Of a stretch of DNA of 64,000 bases, positions 28,681 through 38,328 are shown piece after piece. This DNA is from a virus (Duplodnaviria > Caudoviricetes): IMG/VR virus record IMGVR_UViG_3300042549_001429, positions 933 to 64,932 of that record; one strand, written 5' to 3'. The notes under the pieces are model-generated. The model saw nothing but the letters and a program-made list of their open reading frames with translations. It made no database searches and was not told where the DNA came from. The translations under genes were made by a program, and so were the position numbers. Each line of letters begins with the position of its first letter. The first letter of the stretch is position 1.

Positions 28681-31600
28681 ATGACAAAACTTACAAGAAA
28701 CTTCGTAGCGGGCAGGATGAACAAGGTCGTTGATGAACGACTGCTTCCTGAAGGAGAGTACATTGACGCTATGAATGTAAGAATGGGTTCTACCGAGAAC
28801 TCAGAGGTTGGGGTTATTGAGAATACAAAGGGCAATTTGCCCCTTACTAATTTAACGTACACTAACGGAACTTTGCTTAGTACCAATGCAAAATGTATTG
28901 GAGCTATCGAAGATAGTGCCAATGAGGCTATATATTGGTTTGTTCACGACCCTACCTTTAGTGTAGGTGCGACAGGCAAACTTGATATGATTGTGTCTTT
29001 TAATGTAAGCACAGGCATATTGACCTACCACGTTATTTCAATTAACGATGGGAGCAATGTGAATACCACATTGAATTTTAATCCAAGCTACCTTATTACG
29101 GGAGTAGACTTGTTGGACAACAAGTTGTTGTTTTTTACAGACGACTATAATGCCCCAAGGGTTATTGATATTACTACCAATTACCCTAATCCTGTTGCAA
29201 ACATTGACGCTGTATCTGCAGAGTCATTGCTAGTTATAAAGAAGCCTCCTGTGCAGTCACCGGGCGTTCAACCTATTATAACCAATGGGCAAGAAAATTA
29301 TTTAGATACACGATTTATTTGTTTTGCATACAGGTATAAGTACGCAAACGGAGAGTACAGTGCCACATCTCAGTGGTCTGCTCCTGCGTTTGTGCCAAGA
29401 CCTTTTAGCTTTAGCATTGAGAGTTACCTAAATGAAGGTATGACCAACTTCTGTAACTCAGCCATCATCACCTATAACTCAGGTGGCCCGCTTGTTGTGG
29501 GCATTGACCTGTTATTTAAAAAGGCTGATGGAAATATCATTAGAGTTATTGAGAAGCTTGATAAGGCTATTTTAGGTATCCCTAATAATACCAATCAGCA
29601 ATACACTTTTACCAATAGCAAAATCTTTACAGTACTATCAGAGGCTGAGCTTCTTAGATTGTACGACAATGTACCAAGATTTGCTAAAGCCCAAACTATT
29701 ATGGGCAACAGATTGATGTATGGTAACTATGTAGAGGGCTATGATTTGGTTGACTCTACGGGAGCACCTGTTAAGTTTGAGTACACTACTCAGTTGGTGT
29801 CCCTACCGATAGGTGTAACTAACATTGACGATGGTCTTCAGTCAGGTAACTATACCATTAATGGTAGCGTTAACGTAGCCAACTCAGTTGTAACAATTGA
29901 TTTGGCAGGTCAAAGTTTGGTTGCAGGTTCAGCCATAAACCTAGACCTTGTAATAGCACACGCTCAGTTTACAGGGCAATCACCATTTCCTACTGAGACT
30001 ACTGACGATGTAAGATTAAACTTTGCGTTTTTCTTATCGACTAACTATACTTCTGTTTACCAATTAGCAACGAGCATTGAGTTTCAAAACGCTATTGGTA
30101 CCGCTGCAAATATTCAACCTATTGCTAACGCTTGTAATGGTACAACCTTTACTGATGCGTTCAACTGTGCTATCCCTCAGAACCTAAATACGCTTATCAA
30201 AAGTGGTAGTGGTATTAGTGCGGTTGGGCAGCCGTTTGGTATTGTAACAAGCCCTGCTAGTAGTGTAATTGGACTTCAGTTGCCCGCTATGCGCTATGTC
30301 AATAACTTGACTACTCCGACACAAACTGTCTTTGAGTACTATGACGTGTCATTGGCAGAGGCTACATTCCAAGAGATAGCAAACACGCAAAGCTTGCACA
30401 GCAATAGAGACTATGAGATTGGTATTGTTTACATGGATGATTATAACAGGGCTACAACTGCCTTGGTTAGTCCAAACAATACTGAGCATATCCCTTGCGG
30501 TTTATCTGCTAGTAAGAACTCTCTTCAAGTTACAATACCTGCAACACAAAAGCCACCGGCTTGGGCTAAGAGATACAAGTTTGTAATAAAGCCCGACCAA
30601 GAGAACTATGAGACAATCTATTGTAGCATTTTCTTTGAAGACCCTGAGACCAACAATGCTTACTTCTTGCTTGAGGGCGAGAATGCACGTAAGGTTGAGC
30701 CGGGAGATAGACTCATTGTAAAGGCCGATTCAAGTGGGCCAACTACAACTTGTGTTTATGCTACCATCCTTGAGAAGTCAGCACAGGCTTCAGGTTTTAT
30801 TGAAATACCAAGTGAGTTAGACCCTGATGTCCTTATCCCTGTACCTGCGGGAGTGTATGCAAAGATTAATCCAAACAGCTTTAACATTGTTCAGGATGAG
30901 TTGGCAATTATAGCACCGGGCAAGATTACGGTTACCTCACCAAGAGGCGGTACCTACCCTAAGTTGTACTATCCAATGAACCGATTTGATACGGCTACTT
31001 CTGCGTGGGTTGATTACGATGTACCTGCAGGTAGTCGAATTGTATTAAGCATTAAGCAGAGCAGGGGTGGTGTAGGAGATGCTTGTGAGGAGAGAAGAAA
31101 CTTCTTGGAGAAAACATTAATATCAAGCAATGCATACGACAATATGTATGATTGGTTTGTTGGTGAAAATGTAGAGCAGTTTCTAAATGATGGGTCAAGA
31201 TTTGCAGGAGCAGGCGCTTGTATCCCGGATAACGAGTTTGTTCCGGGCATTACTAACATTGTAGGCAATCTTCCTACTGACCTATGTGTTAACTACTATA
31301 GGTTTTATAGAAATAGTTCTACCAATCAATTGCAGTTGATGGTTACGGGCACATTGCCTTGTACAGGTATTGGGTACCCTAACTCTCGTGCATCAGTGGT
31401 TGAGGTAAACATTACCGTATTCCGTTCTGACAAGACCATTATATTTGAGACAGAGCCTTCTGACGCTTTGCCTGACGTATTCTTTGAGAATGAGATGTCA
31501 TTTGCAATTGTGAATGGAAACCATCAAGGAAACATTCAGAATCAAAACGTATCCACAGGCACACCTGCTATTATTGACACCAAGTTCTTTAACTGCTTTG

Positions 31601-33099
31601 CATTCGGTAACGGAGCAGAGAGTTACAAAATTCGTGACTCAATTGTAGGCGCATCGTTTAATCTTGGTAACAGGGTAACAAGCGTATCTGCTCAAGATTA
31701 CAAAGAGGCTGATAGATTCGCTGACATTACTTACAGTGGTATTTATAGCGCAGAATCAAACGTCAATAAACTCAACGAGTTTAATTTAGGCTTGCTTAAC
31801 TATAAGGTTTGTGAGCCATCCTTTGGGGATATTAACTTAATGGATGGAAGACAGACTGATATTTTAGTTCTTCAAGAAGATAAAATCTCTTACGTACTTT
31901 CAAGCAAGAATCTTATTTCAGACTCTACAGGTGGAGGCGTTATTGCCTCTGTGCCTGAGGTGTTGGGTAATCAGATTGCTAGGGTTGAGAAGTATGGCAT
32001 CAGTTTTAATCCTGAGAGTTATGTACAGTGGGGATACGACAGGTTCTTTACTGACGTGAAGCGTGGAGCTGTACTTCAACTTAGAGGCGACTCAGCAGGC
32101 AGCGACCAATTGATTGTTATTTCTGAATCAGGTATGAGAACTTGGTTTAGAGATACGTTTAACGCTTCGTACGATACTCAGAAGCTTGGTGGCTTTGACC
32201 CTTACATGAATGAGTACGTTTTATCAAGCAACGAAAGAGAGTTACCTCTCAATCCTGAGTGTTTGAATTGCGGAATCTCTCAGACGTTTAATCTGTCTAC
32301 CGTTGGTGAAGAAGAAGGCTCAGTTGAGTATTGCGTTGACTTGGGTCCAAACGTAGGTTCTACTAATGTGGTGTACACTGTTAACGCTATTAGCGCAGGA
32401 GCATCATTTGAGATAGAGGTTGAGTATGACGGAAACACTGTAACCACAGGTGAGGTGAGTGCAAGTGGTGTATTGACTTTTAACAAGGATAATGTATCAG
32501 TAGAAACTTCAAACATTACTATCACCTATACGGGAGATATTACATTGACCGTGCTTGCTGAATGTTGTGGCGCTATTCCTCTTACTATCGTTCAAGTAGT
32601 AGTGACGAATGATTTTGATAGTGGCGATACCATCCATACTGAGTACAGATTTGTGGATGGCACATACACGTCTCCTTTGCAGTCTGCTCTTACAATATTC
32701 TCTTCAGGCACTAATAACCCACTCGTGTCAAGATATGGTGTTACAGTGGGCCCTATAGGCGCAGGAGCATTCCCGCCTGCAGGTAGTACGCTGAGAATGA
32801 TTGCAAACAAGCTATCGACTGATACGTTTGTATTTAATCCTGCAACAGACAAGTTTAAATATTATACTTCAGACACGTTGTATGCAAACAATAGTGGAGC
32901 AATTTCTACCTTGTTAGGGTTGGCAACAACTGCTACTCCTAATCAGGGAACAGCGGGTAATAACTACGCTGAATTTACGGTTCCTGCTTTACAAGATTAC
33001 TTATATTTGATTTGGGATTTTAGAGCCTCCACTTCTGTTACGCTTTGCTACTCAGATGAGAGTACTGTTGATGCGTGCTGCGGATGTGAGGTAACTTAA
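28681..33099 (+). CDS. Tail muzzle/stabilisation protein (crAss-like), N-terminal part
   Basis: NFVAGRMNKxxDERLLPEGEYxDAxN start; FAYRYKY; GNRLMYGNY; YGISFNPES. Confidence 0.75.
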   Translation: MTKLTRNFVAGRMNKVVDERLLPEGEYIDAMNVRMGSTENSEVGVIENTKGNLPLTNLTYTNGTLLSTNAKCIGAIEDSANEAIYWFVHDPTFSVGATGKLDMIVSFNVSTGILTYHVISINDGSNVNTTLNFNPSYLITGVDLLDNKLLFFTDDYNAPRVIDITTNYPNPVANIDAVSAESLLVIKKPPVQSPGVQPIITNGQENYLDTRFICFAYRYKYANGEYSATSQWSAPAFVPRPFSFSIESYLNEGMTNFCNSAIITYNSGGPLVVGIDLLFKKADGNIIRVIEKLDKAILGIPNNTNQQYTFTNSKIFTVLSEAELLRLYDNVPRFAKAQTIMGNRLMYGNYVEGYDLVDSTGAPVKFEYTTQLVSLPIGVTNIDDGLQSGNYTINGSVNVANSVVTIDLAGQSLVAGSAINLDLVIAHAQFTGQSPFPTETTDDVRLNFAFFLSTNYTSVYQLATSIEFQNAIGTAANIQPIANACNGTTFTDAFNCAIPQNLNTLIKSGSGISAVGQPFGIVTSPASSVIGLQLPAMRYVNNLTTPTQTVFEYYDVSLAEATFQEIANTQSLHSNRDYEIGIVYMDDYNRATTALVSPNNTEHIPCGLSASKNSLQVTIPATQKPPAWAKRYKFVIKPDQENYETIYCSIFFEDPETNNAYFLLEGENARKVEPGDRLIVKADSSGPTTTCVYATILEKSAQASGFIEIPSELDPDVLIPVPAGVYAKINPNSFNIVQDELAIIAPGKITVTSPRGGTYPKLYYPMNRFDTATSAWVDYDVPAGSRIVLSIKQSRGGVGDACEERRNFLEKTLISSNAYDNMYDWFVGENVEQFLNDGSRFAGAGACIPDNEFVPGITNIVGNLPTDLCVNYYRFYRNSSTNQLQLMVTGTLPCTGIGYPNSRASVVEVNITVFRSDKTIIFETEPSDALPDVFFENEMSFAIVNGNHQGNIQNQNVSTGTPAIIDTKFFNCFAFGNGAESYKIRDSIVGASFNLGNRVTSVSAQDYKEADRFADITYSGIYSAESNVNKLNEFNLGLLNYKVCEPSFGDINLMDGRQTDILVLQEDKISYVLSSKNLISDSTGGGVIASVPEVLGNQIARVEKYGISFNPESYVQWGYDRFFTDVKRGAVLQLRGDSAGSDQLIVISESGMRTWFRDTFNASYDTQKLGGFDPYMNEYVLSSNERELPLNPECLNCGISQTFNLSTVGEEEGSVEYCVDLGPNVGSTNVVYTVNAISAGASFEIEVEYDGNTVTTGEVSASGVLTFNKDNVSVETSNITITYTGDITLTVLAECCGAIPLTIVQVVVTNDFDSGDTIHTEYRFVDGTYTSPLQSALTIFSSGTNNPLVSRYGVTVGPIGAGAFPPAGSTLRMIANKLSTDTFVFNPATDKFKYYTSDTLYANNSGAISTLLGLATTATPNQGTAGNNYAEFTVPALQDYLYLIWDFRASTSVTLCYSDESTVDACCGCEVT

Positions 33100-33111
33100 A
33101 AAATAAAAACA

Positions 33112-34476
33112 ATGGCGACAAGTTCATCATACTATTTAAACGCACCTTCTCTTGGGTCTGCTACTGCAGTGTTTACGAACGCAGCATTGTCTGTATGTGC
33201 TGCTGACGGCTTTTACTCGGATGGTGTAATAGTAAGAGAGCAAGTAGGATGCGTATTATTACCTCAGCAAACGTGTCCGGCTTGTGCTACACCTTGCGGA
33301 ACAACTATTAATGCGAGTGGTGGTCAAGGAATTTATTTGCTTGATTTGGAAACGGGCACAACCGTATCGGATATAGGTGCTGTTATCATTAGATTTAATC
33401 CACAAGGAGTACCTGATGGTATCAGAGCTACTCTTGGTGCTAACGTCTATAATAAATTAACCTCACCGGTAGATGGGCTCCATCAATCATCAAATGCAGG
33501 AGCGCTTACTTTTGTTGGGCAAACTTCTGCTGACTGTGGAATATCAGGAACTACTTACCCTACTTTGGCAGAGTTTGAGTATAATGGTACAGCCTTCGTT
33601 GCTACAGGGGACACACAGAGTGTTACTGTTGCAGCAGGAGACGTCTCGCTAGGGGCTTCAGCACCGGGCAATACGATGATGGTTATTCCTAAGCTTACAC
33701 CATCCCCATCAATTATAAACTTTGAGGTGGTTGGTCCTTGTTCAGGTACAGCGTGGTCTATGTCAGTTGCTTGTCCTGTATTGCTTACAGGATTTAGCTC
33801 AAGCGTTATGGCGGCCACATCAAATGCGGCTTGCTTATTGGCTGAGACTACAACATATTACAATGCATCATTGGCTAATACTCCGGGCACTGTAGGCTTG
33901 TATGATTTTGTTTTTGCGGATGCTTATGGAAATACTCCATTGGCTGCAGGATTCTATTACGCAGCAGGTTCTATTACCGGTAGTAATGAGTGGTTCCAAG
34001 TAAACGCAAGCGGTGTTGTTATTGTATTAGGAGTTTGTGCCGCACCTGTTTCTTATAATTGTGTGAGTGGAACTTGCGTAAACCCGGGTGACGGTACAGG
34101 AACTTATGCTACATTGGGAGAATGTGAGGCAGCTTGTAGTTCTCCTAGCGTGATTGGTGTTTTTGGATACATGGAGCCTTGCATTGGCGGTACTATTGAC
34201 GACTATATGGGGGCTTCAGTCTCCCTTGATGAGGCTGTAGACGTTATTACTACCTTTGGGGTAGACGTGTTTTATGTAACAGGAGGAGGGACTTGTGGAG
34301 GCACTACATCAACTCAGTCTTTTACGATAGAGATAAATGAGGGAGAAACCTCATCTGCATTTAACGCTTGTTTGTTCGGTGCTTATTTCTCATCGGGAGC
34401 AACAATATGTGGGGCTTGTATAACAAGCTGCGATAATCCAAATGTAGATTTAGGCGCATCTGAGTGCGTTTATTAA
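33112..34476 (+). CDS. Cys-rich putative virion/tail protein
   Basis: 454 aa, many Cys, G/S/T-rich. Confidence 0.6.
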   Translation: MATSSSYYLNAPSLGSATAVFTNAALSVCAADGFYSDGVIVREQVGCVLLPQQTCPACATPCGTTINASGGQGIYLLDLETGTTVSDIGAVIIRFNPQGVPDGIRATLGANVYNKLTSPVDGLHQSSNAGALTFVGQTSADCGISGTTYPTLAEFEYNGTAFVATGDTQSVTVAAGDVSLGASAPGNTMMVIPKLTPSPSIINFEVVGPCSGTAWSMSVACPVLLTGFSSSVMAATSNAACLLAETTTYYNASLANTPGTVGLYDFVFADAYGNTPLAAGFYYAAGSITGSNEWFQVNASGVVIVLGVCAAPVSYNCVSGTCVNPGDGTGTYATLGECEAACSSPSVIGVFGYMEPCIGGTIDDYMGASVSLDEAVDVITTFGVDVFYVTGGGTCGGTTSTQSFTIEINEGETSSAFNACLFGAYFSSGATICGACITSCDNPNVDLGASECVY

Positions 34477-34487
34477 AATAAAAAACT

Positions 34488-35291
34488 ATGGCAAATTACA
34501 CGCTAACATTTAGTGATATGGCTCAGGGATGGGTATCGTTCTATTCCTACTATCCTGACTATATGATTGGGATGAACAACTTCTTCTATTCATTCAAGGG
34601 AGGCAATATCTATCGTCATAACACAAACGAGAACAGAAACACGTTCTATGGTCCTTGGTTTGTTAGGATAGGAAATCCTGCGGGGGCTTTTACCAATACC
34701 ACTTTACAGAGTGTGTTTAATACCGGTGCCCTTGAAAGCAAACTTTTTAAAACCATTAGCCTAGAGGGTGATGCCAAGTGGGCAGCACAATTGACTACTG
34801 ACCTTCAGTTCTCAGGGTTTATCGAGGCCAATTGGTTTGAGAAAAAAGAAGCGTCATTCTTTGCGTTTATTAGGAACAACAAGGTGGGTGAGCTTGCACT
34901 ACGAAGTGTGAATGGTATAGGACAAAGCAATGTTGTGACCGGTGGCAACGTAGTAAACTTTGCTCCGACAGTTGAAATCGGCAGCATCATTAGTATTGGC
35001 GACTTGCTGTACTTTGCATTGCCGCCATACACTGCACCTGTGCTTGCGGGTAGAGTTACTGCTATTACAGTGAATCTTCCTGCGGGAATAAACCGATTAA
35101 CAATTGACACTACAATACCGGGCACTACTCCGATACCAATTCAAAATGCATTTTTCTTGTACATCAAGGACTCTGTTGCTGAATCTCATGGAGTATTAGG
35201 TCATTATTGCACATTCAATATACAGAACACTTCAAACAGTAAGATTGAGTTGTTTGCAGTTCAGTCTGAGGTGATGAAAAGTTACCCTTAA
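34488..35291 (+). CDS. Muzzle/stabilisation protein C-terminal module
   Basis: TLTFS..GWVSFYSY.P..SVFN..KLFKTISLEG..KKE..ELFAV.SE. Confidence 0.6.
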   Translation: MANYTLTFSDMAQGWVSFYSYYPDYMIGMNNFFYSFKGGNIYRHNTNENRNTFYGPWFVRIGNPAGAFTNTTLQSVFNTGALESKLFKTISLEGDAKWAAQLTTDLQFSGFIEANWFEKKEASFFAFIRNNKVGELALRSVNGIGQSNVVTGGNVVNFAPTVEIGSIISIGDLLYFALPPYTAPVLAGRVTAITVNLPAGINRLTIDTTIPGTTPIPIQNAFFLYIKDSVAESHGVLGHYCTFNIQNTSNSKIELFAVQSEVMKSYP

Positions 35292-35312
35292 ATTTAATAT
35301 CTTTGTTAGAGT

Positions 35313-35723
35313 ATGGGACTATATATACGAGAACTGCAGGACACGGACTACGAGAATATTCTTGTTGGTTGGTGGCAGCAGTGGGGATGGGAGCCTCCAC
35401 AAAAAGACTTCCTTCCTAATGATGGCAAAGGTGGTATCATAGTCTATGACGATGAGACCCCGGTGTGCGCAGGATATATGTACCTTACTAATTCTAAAGT
35501 GGCTTGGGTTGATTGGATAATATCGAACAAGGAATACACAAAAAAGCCACAAAGAAAAGACGCCATTAAGTTATTGGTGTCAGCGTTGACTGAGATATGC
35601 AAAAACACAGGAAGTAAGTATGTCTACGCTTTGATAAAAAACCAAAGCCTTATAGGAACCTATGAGGAACTTGGATACCTTAAAGGTGATTCATACACAA
35701 GTGAAATGATAAAAGCATTATAA
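35313..35723 (+). CDS. GNAT-like acetyltransferase-fold protein
   Basis: GIIVYD..PVCAG.MY..AWVDWIIS..YEELGY; position before the ejection proteins, as for T7 gp13. Confidence 0.6.
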   Translation: MGLYIRELQDTDYENILVGWWQQWGWEPPQKDFLPNDGKGGIIVYDDETPVCAGYMYLTNSKVAWVDWIISNKEYTKKPQRKDAIKLLVSALTEICKNTGSKYVYALIKNQSLIGTYEELGYLKGDSYTSEMIKAL

Positions 35724-35724
35724 T

Positions 35725-36552
35725 ATGGCAGTTACAACAGCAGCAGTAGTAGGAATAGCGGCAACAGCCGCAACTACCGGTATGTCATTTGCCCAAGCAG
35801 GCAAACAAAAGAAAGCTATGCGTCAAGCAGAGCGAGATGCCGATGAGGCTATGCAGGCGGCAAGAAAAAAATTAGAGGTCAATGTGTTTGACCAACTATC
35901 TATTCAGAAAGAACCATTTGAATTGGAGCGAGAAGCTCTACTCTCTCAGGGAGCTCAGGCTATTCAAGCCGGAGTCGAAAGTGAGAGAGGCGCTGCAGCT
36001 ACTGCAGGTCGTGTTCAGATGGCACAGCAAGAAGGACAAGGAGCCGTTAGAACCGCAATGGGTCAGGAGTTGCAAGGTCTTGAAAGATTGAGTGCACAAG
36101 AAGAAGGAAGGCTAAGAGACATTGGCGTTCAGCTAGACCTTGAAGAAGTTGCCGGGGCACAACTTGCTGCTGCAAATGCGCAAGAGTTACAAGCTCAAGC
36201 AATGCAACAGGGTATGGAAGGGGTAGTAAGTCTTGCAGGTCAGGTCGCTTCTACAGCTCCTTTATTTCAAAGAAATCGTGCTGCTGAAAAAGCAGCCATT
36301 GGTCAAATGAGTTTTACTACTGAGGATTTTCAAAAGTTTGGCAATGTTGCTGAAAAAGGGGGTTTAGGAGCTCCGGGGACTGATGGGTTTACAAATTTAG
36401 ACTTTAGTGCTGTAAGCGGAATGAGTAATCAACAGTACAACAAGTTTTTGAAAGCGCTTACACCTCAGCAAAGAATGATGTTGTTTACTAACCCACAATT
36501 TGCAAAAGCTTCTGAGTTAATAAATCCTACAGCTGCACGCCTTATTAGATAA
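35725..36552 (+). CDS. Internal virion/ejection protein 1
   Basis: Hydrophobic Ala-rich N-terminus, A/Q/G-rich helices. Confidence 0.6.
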   Translation: MAVTTAAVVGIAATAATTGMSFAQAGKQKKAMRQAERDADEAMQAARKKLEVNVFDQLSIQKEPFELEREALLSQGAQAIQAGVESERGAAATAGRVQMAQQEGQGAVRTAMGQELQGLERLSAQEEGRLRDIGVQLDLEEVAGAQLAAANAQELQAQAMQQGMEGVVSLAGQVASTAPLFQRNRAAEKAAIGQMSFTTEDFQKFGNVAEKGGLGAPGTDGFTNLDFSAVSGMSNQQYNKFLKALTPQQRMMLFTNPQFAKASELINPTAARLIR

Positions 36553-36579
36553 TTGGTAAATAATATAAAAGTTTAATTG

Positions 36580-38310
36580 ATGGCAACATACTATAAATAT
36601 GCAGAGCGGAGCGCTGAGTCTCAGATAAATTGGGCTGAGATAGGCAAGAACATGACGGATATGCTTCAGAACGAAGTGGCTATCCGTGAAGAAAAAAAAG
36701 CCGCTATAGATGCTGCATCAAGAGAGTTTGGTGAGAAGCTTGCTAACCCTCCTCAGGGAGAGCATAAGTCAGCAAACCAATGGGCATTGGAATATGGAGA
36801 CAATGCTTCTCAGTATATGTTGATGCAGGATAGACTTTTGAAGCAAGGTTTATTGAAACCTAAAGACTATATGGTTACTCGTCAAAATTTAATGGACGGA
36901 ACCAAGCAAGCGTTTAATTTGACTAAAGAGTTTCAAGAAACTTTTAAAATGAAAATGGACCGTTATAAAAAAGGTGAGTCTCAAGACTTAGAACTTTTTC
37001 TTAACGCTCAGGCTGAAAAATTTGGAGACTTCACAAAGTCTCAGCTATACATCAACCCTACTGATGGCTCCGTTAACGTGGCTATGAAAGAAAAGAAAGT
37101 GATTGATGGCAAAGAGGTTTTTGTAATGAACCAAAACCCAAACGAGTTTACTACCATCAGTTCATTGAGGAATACTATTGCCGGTACCTACGATAAGTTT
37201 GATACCAATGCTGTATCAACTGCGTTCGCTGAATCTTTAGGTAAAGAAGAAACGGCAAGCATTGTATTTGGTACGCTATCACAAGGTGGTGCTATTACAA
37301 CCGTTGAAGATATTACAAGCAGAACAGACTTGGATGCTGATGGCAAAACTGTCATGTTCAAATTTATTGATGCGGAGAATCAAATGATTACTGCCGCTCT
37401 TGAGAATCCATACAACAGATTGTCTGTTCTTACTAATACAAAGAAGTTCGCTCCTAATGGGAAGCAGTACACATTTACTTACGATGAGGCTGATGCAAAA
37501 GCAAATCCTGAGAAGGTATTATTGAAGGTTGATTCTACTACAGGTCAGCCTACTCCTCAGTTTAGTGATGAGCAAATGAAAGTGTCTAACGAAGCCATGC
37601 GTATAGAAGTTCGTTCTAAGTATGACTATAAGAAAGGCATTGACGCAACAGCACAAGCACAGCTACAGGAAAGAAGACCTAGAACTGAAGGTGAAATGGG
37701 AAGAGCTGATAAATTAAAAGATGCTGAAAACTTTGGTAAGAATTTAGGTATGGCATTAAAGTCTCAAAACGCAGAAGAGCGTGGCAATGCGGTTAAATAC
37801 TTGGGCCAAAAGGCAGGTCGACAGGTTATTATAAAAGATGGTAAGTTTGTTGTTAAAGACCTAGACGGGAAAGGGGAATCTTCTTATAACTTAAATGCTG
37901 ACCCTGATAAATTAGCAAGTAGTTTAGTTAGTGCATTTGGAGTAGACCTTCCTGAAGATACTATTCTTAAATTTGCTAAATCAACATTGAAAGGAAATAA
38001 AACCAATACTCTTGGAGAAGCAAGCGCAATTAACGTGCAACCTCCTGCTCCTGAAAAAATAACCATACCTTTAGGGGGGATAACTCAACCTTCTCAAAAG
38101 GCGATTAAACTTCTTCAAGGAGCATTAGGCCCTAATTTTATTGTTAAAGAGGTAGGTCTTAATCCTTTTGGAAATGACATTGAAATCACGACAAAAGATG
38201 GCAAACAGACATATCCATTTACTTCAGGTAAGTCAGAAGCTGCTGCAGGTGCAATTCAAAAAGACCTTCAGGATTGGGTACAAAAGTATGGAGGACCTAA
38301 AGAGTTATAA
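36580..38310 (+). CDS. Internal virion/ejection protein 2
   Basis: 576 aa; synteny. Confidence 0.55.
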   Translation: MATYYKYAERSAESQINWAEIGKNMTDMLQNEVAIREEKKAAIDAASREFGEKLANPPQGEHKSANQWALEYGDNASQYMLMQDRLLKQGLLKPKDYMVTRQNLMDGTKQAFNLTKEFQETFKMKMDRYKKGESQDLELFLNAQAEKFGDFTKSQLYINPTDGSVNVAMKEKKVIDGKEVFVMNQNPNEFTTISSLRNTIAGTYDKFDTNAVSTAFAESLGKEETASIVFGTLSQGGAITTVEDITSRTDLDADGKTVMFKFIDAENQMITAALENPYNRLSVLTNTKKFAPNGKQYTFTYDEADAKANPEKVLLKVDSTTGQPTPQFSDEQMKVSNEAMRIEVRSKYDYKKGIDATAQAQLQERRPRTEGEMGRADKLKDAENFGKNLGMALKSQNAEERGNAVKYLGQKAGRQVIIKDGKFVVKDLDGKGESSYNLNADPDKLASSLVSAFGVDLPEDTILKFAKSTLKGNKTNTLGEASAINVQPPAPEKITIPLGGITQPSQKAIKLLQGALGPNFIVKEVGLNPFGNDIEITTKDGKQTYPFTSGKSEAAAGAIQKDLQDWVQKYGGPKEL

Positions 38311-38328
38311 TACTTATAAAAAACAAAA

